Shown here piece after piece: positions 39,054-47,804 of a stretch of 64,000 nucleotides of DNA; within the stretch, counting starts at the first letter, position 1; the number at the start of each line of letters is the position of its first letter. Source of the DNA: Phycisphaerales bacterium (lineage in GTDB: Bacteria; Planctomycetota; Phycisphaerae; UBA1845); contig QZJT01000058.1 in the NCBI GenBank assembly GCA_003597935.1, positions 3,639 to 67,638 of the forward strand. Direction: 5' to 3'. The translations under genes and the position numbers were made by a program. The notes under the pieces were generated by a model. It ran no database searches, was not told the DNA's origin, and saw only the letters and a program-made list of their open reading frames with translations.

Positions 39054-39863
39054 GTGATCCAGCAGGACCGAGCGGAACCACCGAGGTTCGGGCTTGCCCG
39101 AGAATGCACGATCGTGAAAGACCCGGACGAACATCTCGGCTCAGACACCATCACCTCCACGACCCTCCTTCGCCGCGTGGCTACACCGGGCGGGGAGGCC
39201 GCGTGCAGGGACTTCGTGCGGCGGTACACGCCGATGGTGCGGGCGATTGCGGCGTCGTGCGGACTCTCGCACGAGGACGTGGAGGACGTGGTGCAGGAGG
39301 TGATGGCGGCGGCCGTGGGTGCGCTGCGCGAGGGGCGCTACGACCGCCAGCAGGGGCGGTACAAGCCTTTCCTCAAGGGCATCATCGGCCACAAGGTGCG
39401 GGACGCTATGGTTCGCGGGCGGAGCGCTCCAGGCCTGACGCCGGATGTTCGTGCCGGGGAGCGGAACACTCCGGACCAGGAACAGAACGCTTCCGCCGGG
39501 CAGCGAAGCACCGTGACGGGCAAGCAGAACGCCTCGCCCGCACCAACTCGCCTTCAGCGTTGGACATCGCGGGCGCCCCTTCCGCTCCACGAGGACGTTC
39601 CCGATCCGCACCCGTCGCCGGCCGAGGCCTTCGAGGCCGCGTTCGAGATCGAGTGGCGCAAGACGGCAATGGAAGAAGCGCTCGACGAGATCCGCCGCGA
39701 GTTCGACCCGGCCACGTTTCAGGCCTTCGACCTCTACGCCCGCAAGGACATGCCCGCCCGCGAAGTGGCCCGCCTGCTGGGCGTGTCGCGCAACGCCGTC
39801 TACATCGCCAAGACCCGCGTGCTGGCGCGTCTGCGCGAACTGCTTGGGCCGGAAGCGCCGTGA
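39054..39863 (+). CDS. ECF-like sigma factor with a long inter-domain linker
   Basis: Region 2 reads EDVEDVVQEVMAAAVGAL...YKPFLKGIIGHKVRD. Region 4 reads PAREVARLLGVSRNAVYIAKTRVLARL. It is a paralogue of the 24594 gene. The start codon is uncertain. Confidence 0.7.
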   Translation: MIQQDRAEPPRFGLARECTIVKDPDEHLGSDTITSTTLLRRVATPGGEAACRDFVRRYTPMVRAIAASCGLSHEDVEDVVQEVMAAAVGALREGRYDRQQGRYKPFLKGIIGHKVRDAMVRGRSAPGLTPDVRAGERNTPDQEQNASAGQRSTVTGKQNASPAPTRLQRWTSRAPLPLHEDVPDPHPSPAEAFEAAFEIEWRKTAMEEALDEIRREFDPATFQAFDLYARKDMPAREVARLLGVSRNAVYIAKTRVLARLRELLGPEAP

Positions 39864-39974
39864 CGGCCGCGCTCGCCGTGCGCGAGCGCTCGCGGGAAGC
39901 GTCGAGGCGAGTTGATCTTCCCCGACTCCCCTACTGCCTCATTCCCCTCGTCGCCAGAGGCGTCTCCGCGCCCC

Positions 39975-40205
39975 TCACCGACCCTTGAGCTTGCCTATGG
40001 CCTCGAGCACTTCATGGTGCTCCGGGAACCGGTCCTTCTCGTGCTTGCTCCAGACCTGGGCGCCGTCGACGTGTACGTCGAACACGCCGCCGCTTCCCTC
40101 GATCAGCGCGGACTCCACGCCGAACCTCTTGCGAATCGCATCCGCCAGACCGGCGGCTTTGGGAAGGTAGTTTCACTGCACGCAGTACTTGATCGTGACG
40201 TTCAT
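39975..40205 (-). CDS. SelW/Rdx-family selenoprotein; the in-frame TGA at 40173-40175 is read as selenocysteine
   Basis: AAGGAG lies 6 nt before the ATG at 40205. The translation is MNVTIKYCVQ-U-NYLPKAAGLADAIRKRFGVESALIEGSGGVFDVHVDGAQVWSKHEKDRFPEHHEVLEAIGKLKGR. It has the CxxU redox motif and the GGxFxV..DG...SK...RFP signature of SelW-like proteins. Confidence 0.85.
40142..40156 (-). promoter_or_regulatory. SECIS-like hairpin downstream of the UGA codon
   Basis: The RNA CCGCC-GGUCU-GGCGG begins 16 nt after the UGA. The GGUCU apical loop resembles the loop of the E. coli fdhF SECIS. Confidence 0.45.
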
Positions 40206-40269
40206 CGCTTGCTCCTTGACTCTTCGCACGGCGGCCGGCGCCGCTGCGAAGAACGTGCCGTCCTTGTCG

Positions 40270-40350
40270 AATCCGCCCGGAAAAGCCGGCTTGCCAAACC
40301 TGTCTGGAAAGGCCGGCTTGCCATATCCGCCCGGAAAGCCCGTCGCCTCG
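40270..40350. repeat. three roughly 27-bp tandem units (CCGCCCGGAAAAGCCGGCTTGCCA-like)
   Basis: GAATCCGCCCGGAAAAGCCGGCTTGCCA / AACCTGTCTGGAAAGGCCGGCTTGCCA / TATCCGCCCGGAAAGCCCGTCGCCTC, lying upstream of the selenoprotein gene. Confidence 0.55.
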
Positions 40351-40376
40351 AATCCGCACCGGGTTGAACGCCCGGG

Positions 40377-40451
40377 TCAGCCGGTGGCGAAGGCGGAAAG
40401 CGCCAGAAAGGCCAGGACGATGCCGATCAGAATGGCCAGAATAGACTCCAC
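40377..40451 (-). CDS. 24-aa hydrophobic peptide (candidate small membrane protein)
   Basis: GGAGG lies 6 nt before the GTG. The peptide is (M)ESILAILIGIVLAFLALSAFATG-stop. It is too short for the ORF track. Confidence 0.3.
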   Translation of the reverse strand: MESILAILIGIVLAFLALSAFATG

Positions 40452-40641
40452 CGTAATCCTCCACGAAGTCGGCCGAAAGGCTACCTCAGCGCCGGCCGAC
40501 TCGGCCGGTTGCCTCCAATGGATCGCTACCGCACGTTCGGCGCTCCGGCGTAGGAGCGCCCCCGCTTCGCTGGGGATGATACGTCCGCGGGCCGGCGCTG
40601 CAAGGCGCCGACCGACGCCCACGCCGGCCTCGACCGGGCCT

Positions 40642-41022
40642 CTACCTCGGGCGCTTCTCGCGGAACGCCGGCGCCGCATCGAGCGTGAAGACCACGATTT
40701 CCTCGCCGGTCATCGTGCTGATGTCGTGGTGCAGGCTTCGGATCTGGGCGCCGGTGATTCCCTGCACAATGGGTTCCAGCGTCGGCCGGGCCGCTTCCAT
40801 CAACAAGGTGCGGACCTGCTTGAGCAGGTCGCGCCCTTTTTCATGGGGAAGCGTGCCGACGCGTTGTTGCTCGGCCGGGGTCAGGGTGCCCTGCATGCGG
40901 ACCACGAGGAGGTCGCCGATCAGGTGAGCATGGACGTCCTTTGGACCGCGGCCCATGCACTCCTGCACAAAGCGGCCCATCGCCTGACAGATGGCGGCCT
41001 CGATTTCGCCCTGGGTGTTCAT
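40642..41022 (-). CDS. DUF2294 family protein
   Basis: GEIEAAICQAMGRFVQECMGRGPKDVHAHLIGDLLVVRMQGTLTPAEQ...HHDISTMTGEEIVVFTL matches the DUF2294 pattern. Confidence 0.8.
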   Translation of the reverse strand: MNTQGEIEAAICQAMGRFVQECMGRGPKDVHAHLIGDLLVVRMQGTLTPAEQQRVGTLPHEKGRDLLKQVRTLLMEAARPTLEPIVQGITGAQIRSLHHDISTMTGEEIVVFTLDAAPAFREKRPR

Positions 41023-41165
41023 GTGTGGTCTGGCGTTGCTCTCGGGGCGTTCGGTGAGCGTGAACGAACGTCACGTCGGGCCGAAAGAGCGCCGGGCGCC
41101 GGTTCCCGAGACCGCCGATCATCCTACCCCGGCCCGAGCGGGAACGAAAGTCCGAAAGTGACCCC

Positions 41166-41193
41166 TTGCCTTTACAGATCCGCACGCTATACT
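41166..41193 (+). promoter_or_regulatory. sigma70-like promoter driving the leader of the 41411 gene
   Basis: TTGCCT (41166-41171), a 16-nt spacer, then TATACT (41188-41193). Confidence 0.45.
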
Positions 41194-41199
41194 GCTGAA

Positions 41200-41410
41200 A
41201 GTGGCGACGTTTGGGGAGGCCCGGCCGGGGCCGCCTTGGACGCCGTACTGAAGAAATCGGATGACTGACCAGAGGGCAGCCCGGCCCGGCCGGGTGGCCC
41301 GCTGACGAGTAAGCCGACGTGATCGAGCGCCCGCGGGCGCTCCATCACGTCGGCTTTTTTTGCTTTGGCGCGGCGCAGCGCGGTCGTCGCGGCAAGACGA
41401 GGTGACGGCA
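41200..41410 (+). promoter_or_regulatory. structured GC-rich 5' leader (candidate riboswitch or attenuator) ending in an intrinsic terminator
   Basis: It lies between the promoter and the DUF2294 start. It contains several GC hairpins (GGCCC-GGCCG-GGGCC, CCCGGCC-C-GGCCGGG) and then the terminator at 41313-41361. Confidence 0.45.
41313..41361 (+). terminator. strong Rho-independent terminator
   Basis: GCCGACGTGAT pairs with ATCACGTCGGC (a perfect 11-bp stem). The inner palindrome GAGCGCCCG/CGGGCGCTC extends the stem. Seven T residues follow. Confidence 0.8.
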
Positions 41411-41827
41411 ATGGACATACCCAACGCGACCATGGCCGAGCAGATTGCCGCGGCGGCCCGCGTCTTCGAGCGCCAGAGAACCGGGCTCGTTCCCAGGTCG
41501 GTGAGCGTCGTGCAATCCGACAAAACGCTGGTGGTCACGCTGCACGGGGCGCTGTCAGCCGCCGAGGAGACCCTCTCCCGGTCTGCGGAAGGCGCCGCCA
41601 AGGTGCGGGAGTTTCATCGCGAATTGTTCGCCAGTGCATCGGCCGCCATGCGGGCGGAGATCAGACGCATCACCGGCGTCGACGTGTGCGAGGCCGCCGC
41701 CGAGGTCGATCCATCCACGGGCAACGTGGTGGCGGTCTTTTCGACCGGGACGATCGTACAGGTTTTCCTGCTCCAGAGCAGCATCCCGCCCGGCGCATGG
41801 AACGCCGTCGGCCAGAAGGATCGCTGA
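41411..41827 (+). CDS. DUF2294 family protein (divergent paralogue)
   Basis: GAGGTG lies 6 nt before the ATG. MDIPNATMAEQIAAAARVFERQRTGLVPRSVSVVQSDKTLVVTLHGALSAAE...DPSTGNVVAVF follows the same architecture as the 40642 gene. Confidence 0.75.
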   Translation: MDIPNATMAEQIAAAARVFERQRTGLVPRSVSVVQSDKTLVVTLHGALSAAEETLSRSAEGAAKVREFHRELFASASAAMRAEIRRITGVDVCEAAAEVDPSTGNVVAVFSTGTIVQVFLLQSSIPPGAWNAVGQKDR

Positions 41828-42321
41828 CGAGTCGACCGAGCGAGGTGCGCGTTTGTGGGATATCGCAGTGAACTCGATGGCGTCAACGAAGTCCAACAAC
41901 GCCTCTGGGAGTACCGGAATGGGGAGAGTGCGCCGGGCTCCCAGGGGCTTTTTTTGGGCGTTCATGGGCGATGCGCCGTGCGGTAACACGGCGCGGGATG
42001 AAAGGACGACGTATATCGTTGAGAGCACTCTTCCAGCAGCTTTCGGCGCCCTCGACCACGACACGGAAGCGAGGCCCGTGGGGCGGGCAGCGATGACGAT
42101 CGTGAAGAAGCCGGTCGACATTCCGGAACTCGCACTCGTACTTCGGGCACTCGTGGGGGCCGCCGAGTCGTGGCAGCAGACACGCTCCGCAAACAAAGAC
42201 TGCACGACCGGGAGCGCCGCGCGATTCACGCGGGACGCCGTTCCGCGTGGATCGCCCGGCGGCGCCGACAAGCTCAGAGTGGTTCGTCTCTATCACCGTG
42301 CGCGATCACGCGCCGGCAGCG

Positions 42322-42366
42322 AGCCGCGGGCTCCTGCTTGCCGGCAGGCGGGTCAGCGCGGGCGGC
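42322..42366. repeat. REP family B, long form
   Basis: GAGCCGCGGGCTCCTGCTTGCCGGCAGGCGGGTCAGCGCGGGCGG. The same ends as the short form enclose an extra internal palindrome. Confidence 0.65.
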
Positions 42367-42652
42367 GCTGATTCGCGCACGGTGATATAGGATGCGCTGG
42401 GTCATGGGAGTCGCCCCGATAAGATGGGACATGCGCCGGTATGGTGAATCAGTGCGTTGTGCGGACCTCCCAGGGGCGCAGGAGCGGAAGATGGAGTTTC
42501 TCCGGAGGGAATTGAGATGAAACAACGGTCCTGATGGACCGACCTCAGGTGCAGTGAACGCGAGCGATGGCTCAAGGTGTTGAAGTGAACATGGCGGCGA
42601 ATGTCGCCGTGGCGGTCGTCTGCTGACCGCCCGCTCCGAATGGAGGATCGAG

Positions 42653-42808
42653 ATGATTGGGACGATTGTACTGGTACTGCTGATTCTGATGCTGGTCGGC
42701 GCGCTGCCCCGATGGGGTCATAGCCGGGACTGGGGTTATTATCCCAGCGGAGGGCTTGGCCTGGTGGTGTTGATTGTGGTCATCCTGTGGCTTGCGGGGC
42801 GCATTTGA
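42653..42808 (+). CDS. DUF3309 family small membrane protein (51 aa), not in the ORF track
   Basis: GGAGG lies 5 nt before the ATG. MIGTIVLVLLILMLVGALPRWGHSRDWGYYPSGGLGLVVLIVVILWLAGRI matches the DUF3309 pattern. Confidence 0.75.
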   Translation: MIGTIVLVLLILMLVGALPRWGHSRDWGYYPSGGLGLVVLIVVILWLAGRI

Positions 42809-43189
42809 TTCCCAACGTTGCAGACGATGGGATCGTCGAATGAAAAACAGCGTGTGCAGGAGAATCGGACTCGAAGCGATGGCGCGCGACGTCATTGTTT
42901 GCAGTGACCGGAAACAGGCAGGCGAGCTGCGATAAACCCGTTCCAATCTGGCCTTTACGAGCGTCACGCAAGGACACGCCCATGTTGATAGTTTGTGGAC
43001 TTGTCGCCGGACGCGGCGCCCGTCGCAGCAAATGCGCGATCGGCGCGATGGCCTGATGTATGCGGAGAACGGCGATCGTGAAGAACACGCGGCCGTGCCA
43101 CGGATGATCCGGGAAGGGGGCCGGTGTGGGAAGGATACGGCGGCGCCCGCGGCCGAGTCCCTGCGTAAACCCGATCTTGAGAGTGACGG

Positions 43190-43681
43190 ATGCTCATGAC
43201 GCCTGAACCGATGGCAGGTCATCTGACGGAACCCCATGAAATCGGCAAGCAGATCGAGGTCGAGCTTGCTCTGGTGGCGCACATCGAACGAGCCCTGCTC
43301 ACCGCCCTCGGCTGGCGTACCGGCGGCGGCGGGAATATCCGCAAACTGTCGACCCTCCGGTTCGTGGCGCGGTCTTTTGAACGCCACCTGACGCGGCTCC
43401 GTGTTCTCTCGGAGTACGGCGGTTACATGAACGTCGTCCTGGAGACGAAGCCGCACCTGGCCAGCGAAGTGCGGTCGCTGAAAGAGGCGCGCGACACCTT
43501 GCACGCCCGCCTCGAACGGATCATTCTGCGCCTGGAGCACGTCGTGCCGAACGACGCTGCGGCGTTCGACGCGCTGTGCGCGGAACTGGAGCGCTACCTT
43601 GATGATCTCAGTTCGCACGGGCACGCGGAATCGGAACTCCTGCAGCACTCCTTCGCCCAGGAGGAGGGCGGGTCGGGGTGA
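43190..43681 (+). CDS. hypothetical helical protein (possibly hemerythrin-like, weak)
   Basis: The amino-acid composition is balanced, with His/Glu pairs (HLTEPHE, ERH, HGHAESE). No firm motif was found. Confidence 0.4.
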   Translation: MLMTPEPMAGHLTEPHEIGKQIEVELALVAHIERALLTALGWRTGGGGNIRKLSTLRFVARSFERHLTRLRVLSEYGGYMNVVLETKPHLASEVRSLKEARDTLHARLERIILRLEHVVPNDAAAFDALCAELERYLDDLSSHGHAESELLQHSFAQEEGGSG

Positions 43682-43692
43682 TCGCTCGTTTC

Positions 43693-45684
43693 CTAACGCA
43701 GAAGCAGAAACGTGGACGCGGGAATCGCGATGGCCCGCTCACCGATCGGCCCCGCGGCGGACCGCGTGATGACGAGGCCGAATTCCCCCGAGAAGGCGGG
43801 CTTGGTGCAGAACTGCTCGATGGGTTTGACATCGGTCGGCCCGGGCGGCCGGCTCCGGTACTTCAATTCGACCGGGATTCGGCCGATGCCGATGGTCAGG
43901 AGCAAGTCGATTTCGCGCTGGTCCTTCCGCTCCGGCACCCAGGACAACTCGACGCCCGGGATGCCGCGCAGGAAATAGCCGATGACGCTCTCGATGACGT
44001 GGCCCGCCTGGGTGTCTACCGCTTCGTCACAGCCGGCCGGTTCCGCCGGATCGAGCGGAATCGTCCCCTGCAATACGCCGTCCCGGACAAAGTGATCGCA
44101 GATGCACAGCTTGGGCGGCCGGGCCTGCTTTCTCGCCAGCATTTCGACGGAGGGTATCCGGTACAGAAGGAGCGAATCGGACAGGAACTCCAGAGCTTCC
44201 GTGACCTTCGCGTGGGCGACCGGCGCCCCCGATACTGCCTGGATTTCCACGGCAAATCGTTTGGGCATGACGGCCTGACCGGCGTAGCGGCAGCAGATGC
44301 GAAACACGTCCCGGACGAAGGCGGGTTCGAGTTGCGGCTGCCGCGGTCGGTGACCCGGATCGTGCTCGATCGTCTTGGTGATGACTTGCTGGACGATCTG
44401 CTGGCGCAGAGATTCGACACCGTTCTTCGGACCCGCATGGCAGTAAGGGTAGCCGCCGAACCTGGAGAAGTGGCGGAATGCCTCGTCGCGGATTTCGGCG
44501 TGCTGCTTGCCATGCTCGACGAGCCCCAGCCAGAATTCGCGTTTCCGCCAGTCTTCCATCCGCGCGTCGGGCCGGTAGGGCGGGAGGTTTCCGAGCCTGC
44601 GGATACCCGCGATCTCGCTCAATCGCAGCGGCCCGAGTTCGATGGGCGTGATCCGGCCGGCCAGGTTGTCCTGCCCGGCCGTGATCCGCATGGCGGAGCT
44701 TCCCGTAACGATGAAGTTCGCGTCCGTGTGGTCCGCCAGGATTTTGAGTTGCCCGGACCACTTGTAGAGGTTCTGCACTTCGTCGAAGAACAGGTACGCT
44801 GGCGTCCCCCCGCGAGCCGCCGTGTTCATCGTCATTTTCAGGACGTTTTCCTCGTACCAGCGAACGATGGATTCGATAGGATTCAGCAGCCCTCCGAGGC
44901 TCGGGATCTCATCGAACTGCACCAGAAGTATGCGTGACGGATCGACGGGCCTGAGCGTCGTGTCGAATCGGCCCAGCAGCAGCAGATCTTCGATCAATTG
45001 CGTCTGAATCACGGATTTGCCGACTCGGCGGGATCCGCGCAGTACCACGATCTTGGCGATCTTCGACCGCAGCCGGTCGACCACTTCGTTGAACGCCCAC
45101 CGCCGATATGACTCAGCGACCTGGCCGGCTCCCCCTCGCCACCAGGGATTGAGTCGCTCCAGGATTTCGACGATCTGCTGGTCCAGCACACCGGCGTCCC
45201 TTGAACGGAAGGCGGCCTTCGGTTTGCGCGCCAGCTTCGCTACACGCGAGAGTCCGCGCCAAAACTCATGCCTGGTCAATTCCCTGCCCGTCAGCTTTGT
45301 GAAGCGCTGGTGGAGGTCGTCGAACCGGGCCGTGTAGGGAAGGTGATCGCGGTTGCCGACACCGTCCGGCATGAGGCGCAGAATCTCAAACTGTTCTTCC
45401 GCGGTCAGTGTGGGCGTGCGGGGTGCTCGCTTTTTCTTGCCGGACTTGCCGCCGGGGCCGCCGCCCTTGCCGATGCTGGACAACATCCGCCAGAACCGCA
45501 CGTCCTCAATGGGCGCGTTCCGCCAGCGCTCGAATTCGCCCTTGAGCGCGTCGAACTGCTCAGTGTATGGGAGCGCGTCGCGGGGCAGGTCGCACTCGCC
45601 AAGAAGGGCGAGGATGCGCTCTCGGGTCGCTTGATCGTACTTCGTTCCGCGGTCTGATTTCGCGAAGTCTTCGCTCCGAGGCAT
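43693..45684 (-). CDS. AAA+ ATPase (AAA_14-like) with a DUF4143-like C-terminus and a duplicated N-terminal module
   Basis: Walker A is LRGSRRVGKS and Walker B is YLFFDEVQ. The C-terminus reads EIDLLL...PVELKY. The N-terminus has two copies of LPYT..FD.L...F......FWR.LS. Confidence 0.8.
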   Translation of the reverse strand: MPRSEDFAKSDRGTKYDQATRERILALLGECDLPRDALPYTEQFDALKGEFERWRNAPIEDVRFWRMLSSIGKGGGPGGKSGKKKRAPRTPTLTAEEQFEILRLMPDGVGNRDHLPYTARFDDLHQRFTKLTGRELTRHEFWRGLSRVAKLARKPKAAFRSRDAGVLDQQIVEILERLNPWWRGGAGQVAESYRRWAFNEVVDRLRSKIAKIVVLRGSRRVGKSVIQTQLIEDLLLLGRFDTTLRPVDPSRILLVQFDEIPSLGGLLNPIESIVRWYEENVLKMTMNTAARGGTPAYLFFDEVQNLYKWSGQLKILADHTDANFIVTGSSAMRITAGQDNLAGRITPIELGPLRLSEIAGIRRLGNLPPYRPDARMEDWRKREFWLGLVEHGKQHAEIRDEAFRHFSRFGGYPYCHAGPKNGVESLRQQIVQQVITKTIEHDPGHRPRQPQLEPAFVRDVFRICCRYAGQAVMPKRFAVEIQAVSGAPVAHAKVTEALEFLSDSLLLYRIPSVEMLARKQARPPKLCICDHFVRDGVLQGTIPLDPAEPAGCDEAVDTQAGHVIESVIGYFLRGIPGVELSWVPERKDQREIDLLLTIGIGRIPVELKYRSRPPGPTDVKPIEQFCTKPAFSGEFGLVITRSAAGPIGERAIAIPASTFLLLR

Positions 45685-45855
45685 GGTCTTCTCGTCAGCA
45701 AACTGGGAGCAGATCGCAGCCTCCCACCGATGACGAGTATAGCCGTGTAGGCGCCTGGGACCAACACAGTGGCCCTATCGGCTCGAGCGGCCAGACGTGC
45801 TATGCCCCATGTGCGTCTCCGGGTGACTCCCGCCATGAATGGCGGGGCTCTGACG

Positions 45856-47022
45856 TCATCCCGCCAGCGGCAGGGCGATGCCCTCGCGGCGCGCGGGGAT
45901 CAGCTCGAGAATGACGCGATTGGCGACCAACTGTCCGGCCGCCGTCAGGCGAACGTGCGATTCAGTCACCTCGAGCCAGCCCCGCGCAGCCGCCGCGCCG
46001 AGTTCGGTCGCCAGCCGTTCGATCGGGTCGAACCCCAGCCGGTCGACCACCGCCCGGCGCGACAGCCCCTCATGGGTGCGAAGCTGCACCATGATCATCT
46101 CGGTGAACAGGGTCCGCTCGTCGATCGTCTCGGATTCCGCTTCGGCGTGGCCCTGGTCGCGCATGCGTCGGACGTAGGCGTCCACGTTGGGCACGTTCTT
46201 GTAGCGACGCGAGCCGTCGAAGCCGGCCGCCGAGGGGCCGATGCCCAGGTAAGGGTGATTGCGCCAGTAGAGCAGGTTGTGCCGGCACTGCTGACCCGGC
46301 CGGGCGAAGTTGCTGATCTCGTACTGCTCGAACCCAGCCCGGTTCAGCACCTCGATGGTGGTCTCGAACATGCGGGCTTCCAGCGATTCGTCGCACGGCG
46401 CGATGTCGCCCCGGTGCAAGCGCGCGGTCAGCGGCGTGCCGGGTTCGTACGTCAGGCCGTAGCAGGACAGGTGTTGCGTATCGAGTTCGATCGCCCGCGC
46501 CAGCGACTCGGTCCAGGTCTCCAGCGTCTGACCGGGGATGCCGAAGATCAGGTCGACGTTCAGCGACGGCAAGCCGGCGTCGCGCAGCAGCCGCACGGTC
46601 GGCTGGACGTCCTCCGGACCGTGCAGCCGCTCGAGCACGGCCAGCTCTCGCTCGAAAAACGACTGAGCCCCCATCGAGACGCGCGTGACGCCGTTCTCGA
46701 CCAGGATCGCCGCTTTCCGCGCATCCACGGTGGCAGGATTGGCTTCGACTGTCCACTCACAGACCGGCTGGCGCGCCGTGCCGCTTCGGATCGTGCGCAG
46801 CAGCAGGTCCAGTTCGTCGTGGGGCAGGAGCGTCGGCGTGCCGCCGCCGATGAAGACGGTGGTGATCGGCAGCGCCCAGGTGCTCAGCCGGGCGTCCAGC
46901 TCCGCGATGACCTGTTCGACCAGCGGCGCGGTCTGCCGTCCCTGCAGAGGGACGGAGTAGAAATCGCAGTATCCGCACTTGGTCTGGCAGAACGGGATGT
47001 GGACGTACAGCCCCGATTCCAC
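45856..47022 (-). CDS. hemW: radical SAM family heme chaperone HemW / HemN-like
   Basis: It begins (GTG)ESGLYVHIPFCQTKCGYCDFYS (CxxxCxxC) and carries GGGTPTLL and a HemN C-terminal domain. GGAAGGA lies 6 nt upstream. Confidence 0.9.
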   Translation of the reverse strand: MESGLYVHIPFCQTKCGYCDFYSVPLQGRQTAPLVEQVIAELDARLSTWALPITTVFIGGGTPTLLPHDELDLLLRTIRSGTARQPVCEWTVEANPATVDARKAAILVENGVTRVSMGAQSFFERELAVLERLHGPEDVQPTVRLLRDAGLPSLNVDLIFGIPGQTLETWTESLARAIELDTQHLSCYGLTYEPGTPLTARLHRGDIAPCDESLEARMFETTIEVLNRAGFEQYEISNFARPGQQCRHNLLYWRNHPYLGIGPSAAGFDGSRRYKNVPNVDAYVRRMRDQGHAEAESETIDERTLFTEMIMVQLRTHEGLSRRAVVDRLGFDPIERLATELGAAAARGWLEVTESHVRLTAAGQLVANRVILELIPARREGIALPLAG

Positions 47023-47279
47023 GTTGGTTCCTTCCCTCCCGGGCGGCCGCGTCCCGTGCCCTCACGCCCGTCGGGCCGGGCGGCGGGGCGTCTCTGCGGC
47101 CGCCGCGGGCGTTTTCGCCTCAGCGGCGAATCCGCCAATTCGGCGTTTGAAGACCGTCGCCGCGGGAGTATACTGTATCGACGTGAGCGGCCGGACGCAC
47201 GTCCGGGCGCTTGTCCGGGGCTCGGCCGCGCGGCGGTGTGCGGTCGGTGTCTCCGCTCGACACGTAACGGGATGGCCTC

Positions 47280-47768
47280 ATGGGTGTCACTCTGGTCATG
47301 TTCAACGAGGACGGCCGTCGGAGGGATTTTCCGCTCAAGTACGGCGCCACCACCATTGGACGCAAGACGGATTGCGACATCCGCATCCCGTCGAACGAGG
47401 TGTCGCGCCTGCACGCGGAAGTCATCACGGACGAGGACGGCGCCACGGTGCGGGACCTGGGCGCCGCCAACGGGACGTACATCAATAACGCCCGCGTCAA
47501 GGACGAGGACCTTGAGCCCGGGGATCACCTGATGATCGGCCCGGTGACGTTCGTGGTGCAGATCGACGGCGATCCCAGCGACGAGGAACTGGTGCAGATC
47601 CGCAGCACGCTGCGTTCGCGGCAGGCGGCCGGCCGCGGCCCTACAGTCGGCACGTCCGAGCACGTCTACTCCAGTGACGACGAAATCGACCCGATCGCCG
47701 CCCTCGAAGCTCTCGCCTCCAGCGCCGACCAGACGGCGATCGAACCCGAAGAGGACGAGGAAGTCTGA
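47280..47768 (+). CDS. FHA domain protein
   Basis: TTIGRKTDCDIRIPSNEVSRLHAEV...VRDLGAANGTYINN is a canonical FHA core. Confidence 0.85.
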   Translation: MGVTLVMFNEDGRRRDFPLKYGATTIGRKTDCDIRIPSNEVSRLHAEVITDEDGATVRDLGAANGTYINNARVKDEDLEPGDHLMIGPVTFVVQIDGDPSDEELVQIRSTLRSRQAAGRGPTVGTSEHVYSSDDEIDPIAALEALASSADQTAIEPEEDEEV

Positions 47769-47804
47769 CCCGTAGCGGGCGCGGGGGGTCGTTGTCGGTC
47801 ACCT

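Noticed and set aside
40189-41268. A 359-aa plus-strand ORF spans the selenoprotein upstream region and the DUF2294 gene.
   Set aside because: Its translation is low complexity. It overlaps a well-supported DUF2294 gene on the other strand and the repeat tract at 40270-40350.
41920-41960. A T7 run after the second DUF2294 gene could be an intrinsic terminator.
   Set aside because: The preceding stem (GGGAG...CTCCC with an 11-nt loop) is weak and not directly adjacent to the T run.
41883-42296. A Cys-rich minus-strand ORF (VFVCGACLLPRLGGPHECPKYECEF...CPPHG) could encode a small zinc-ribbon protein.
   Set aside because: Codon bias looks partly coding. However, I found no convincing start or ribosome-binding site and no recognisable family, and a REP element lies adjacent. 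It is left unannotated and worth a profile search.
42572-43648. There is a 358-aa minus-strand ORF here.
   Set aside because: It has no motifs and no ribosome-binding site. It overlaps the DUF3309 gene and the 43190 ORF on the plus strand, so it is probably a shadow ORF.
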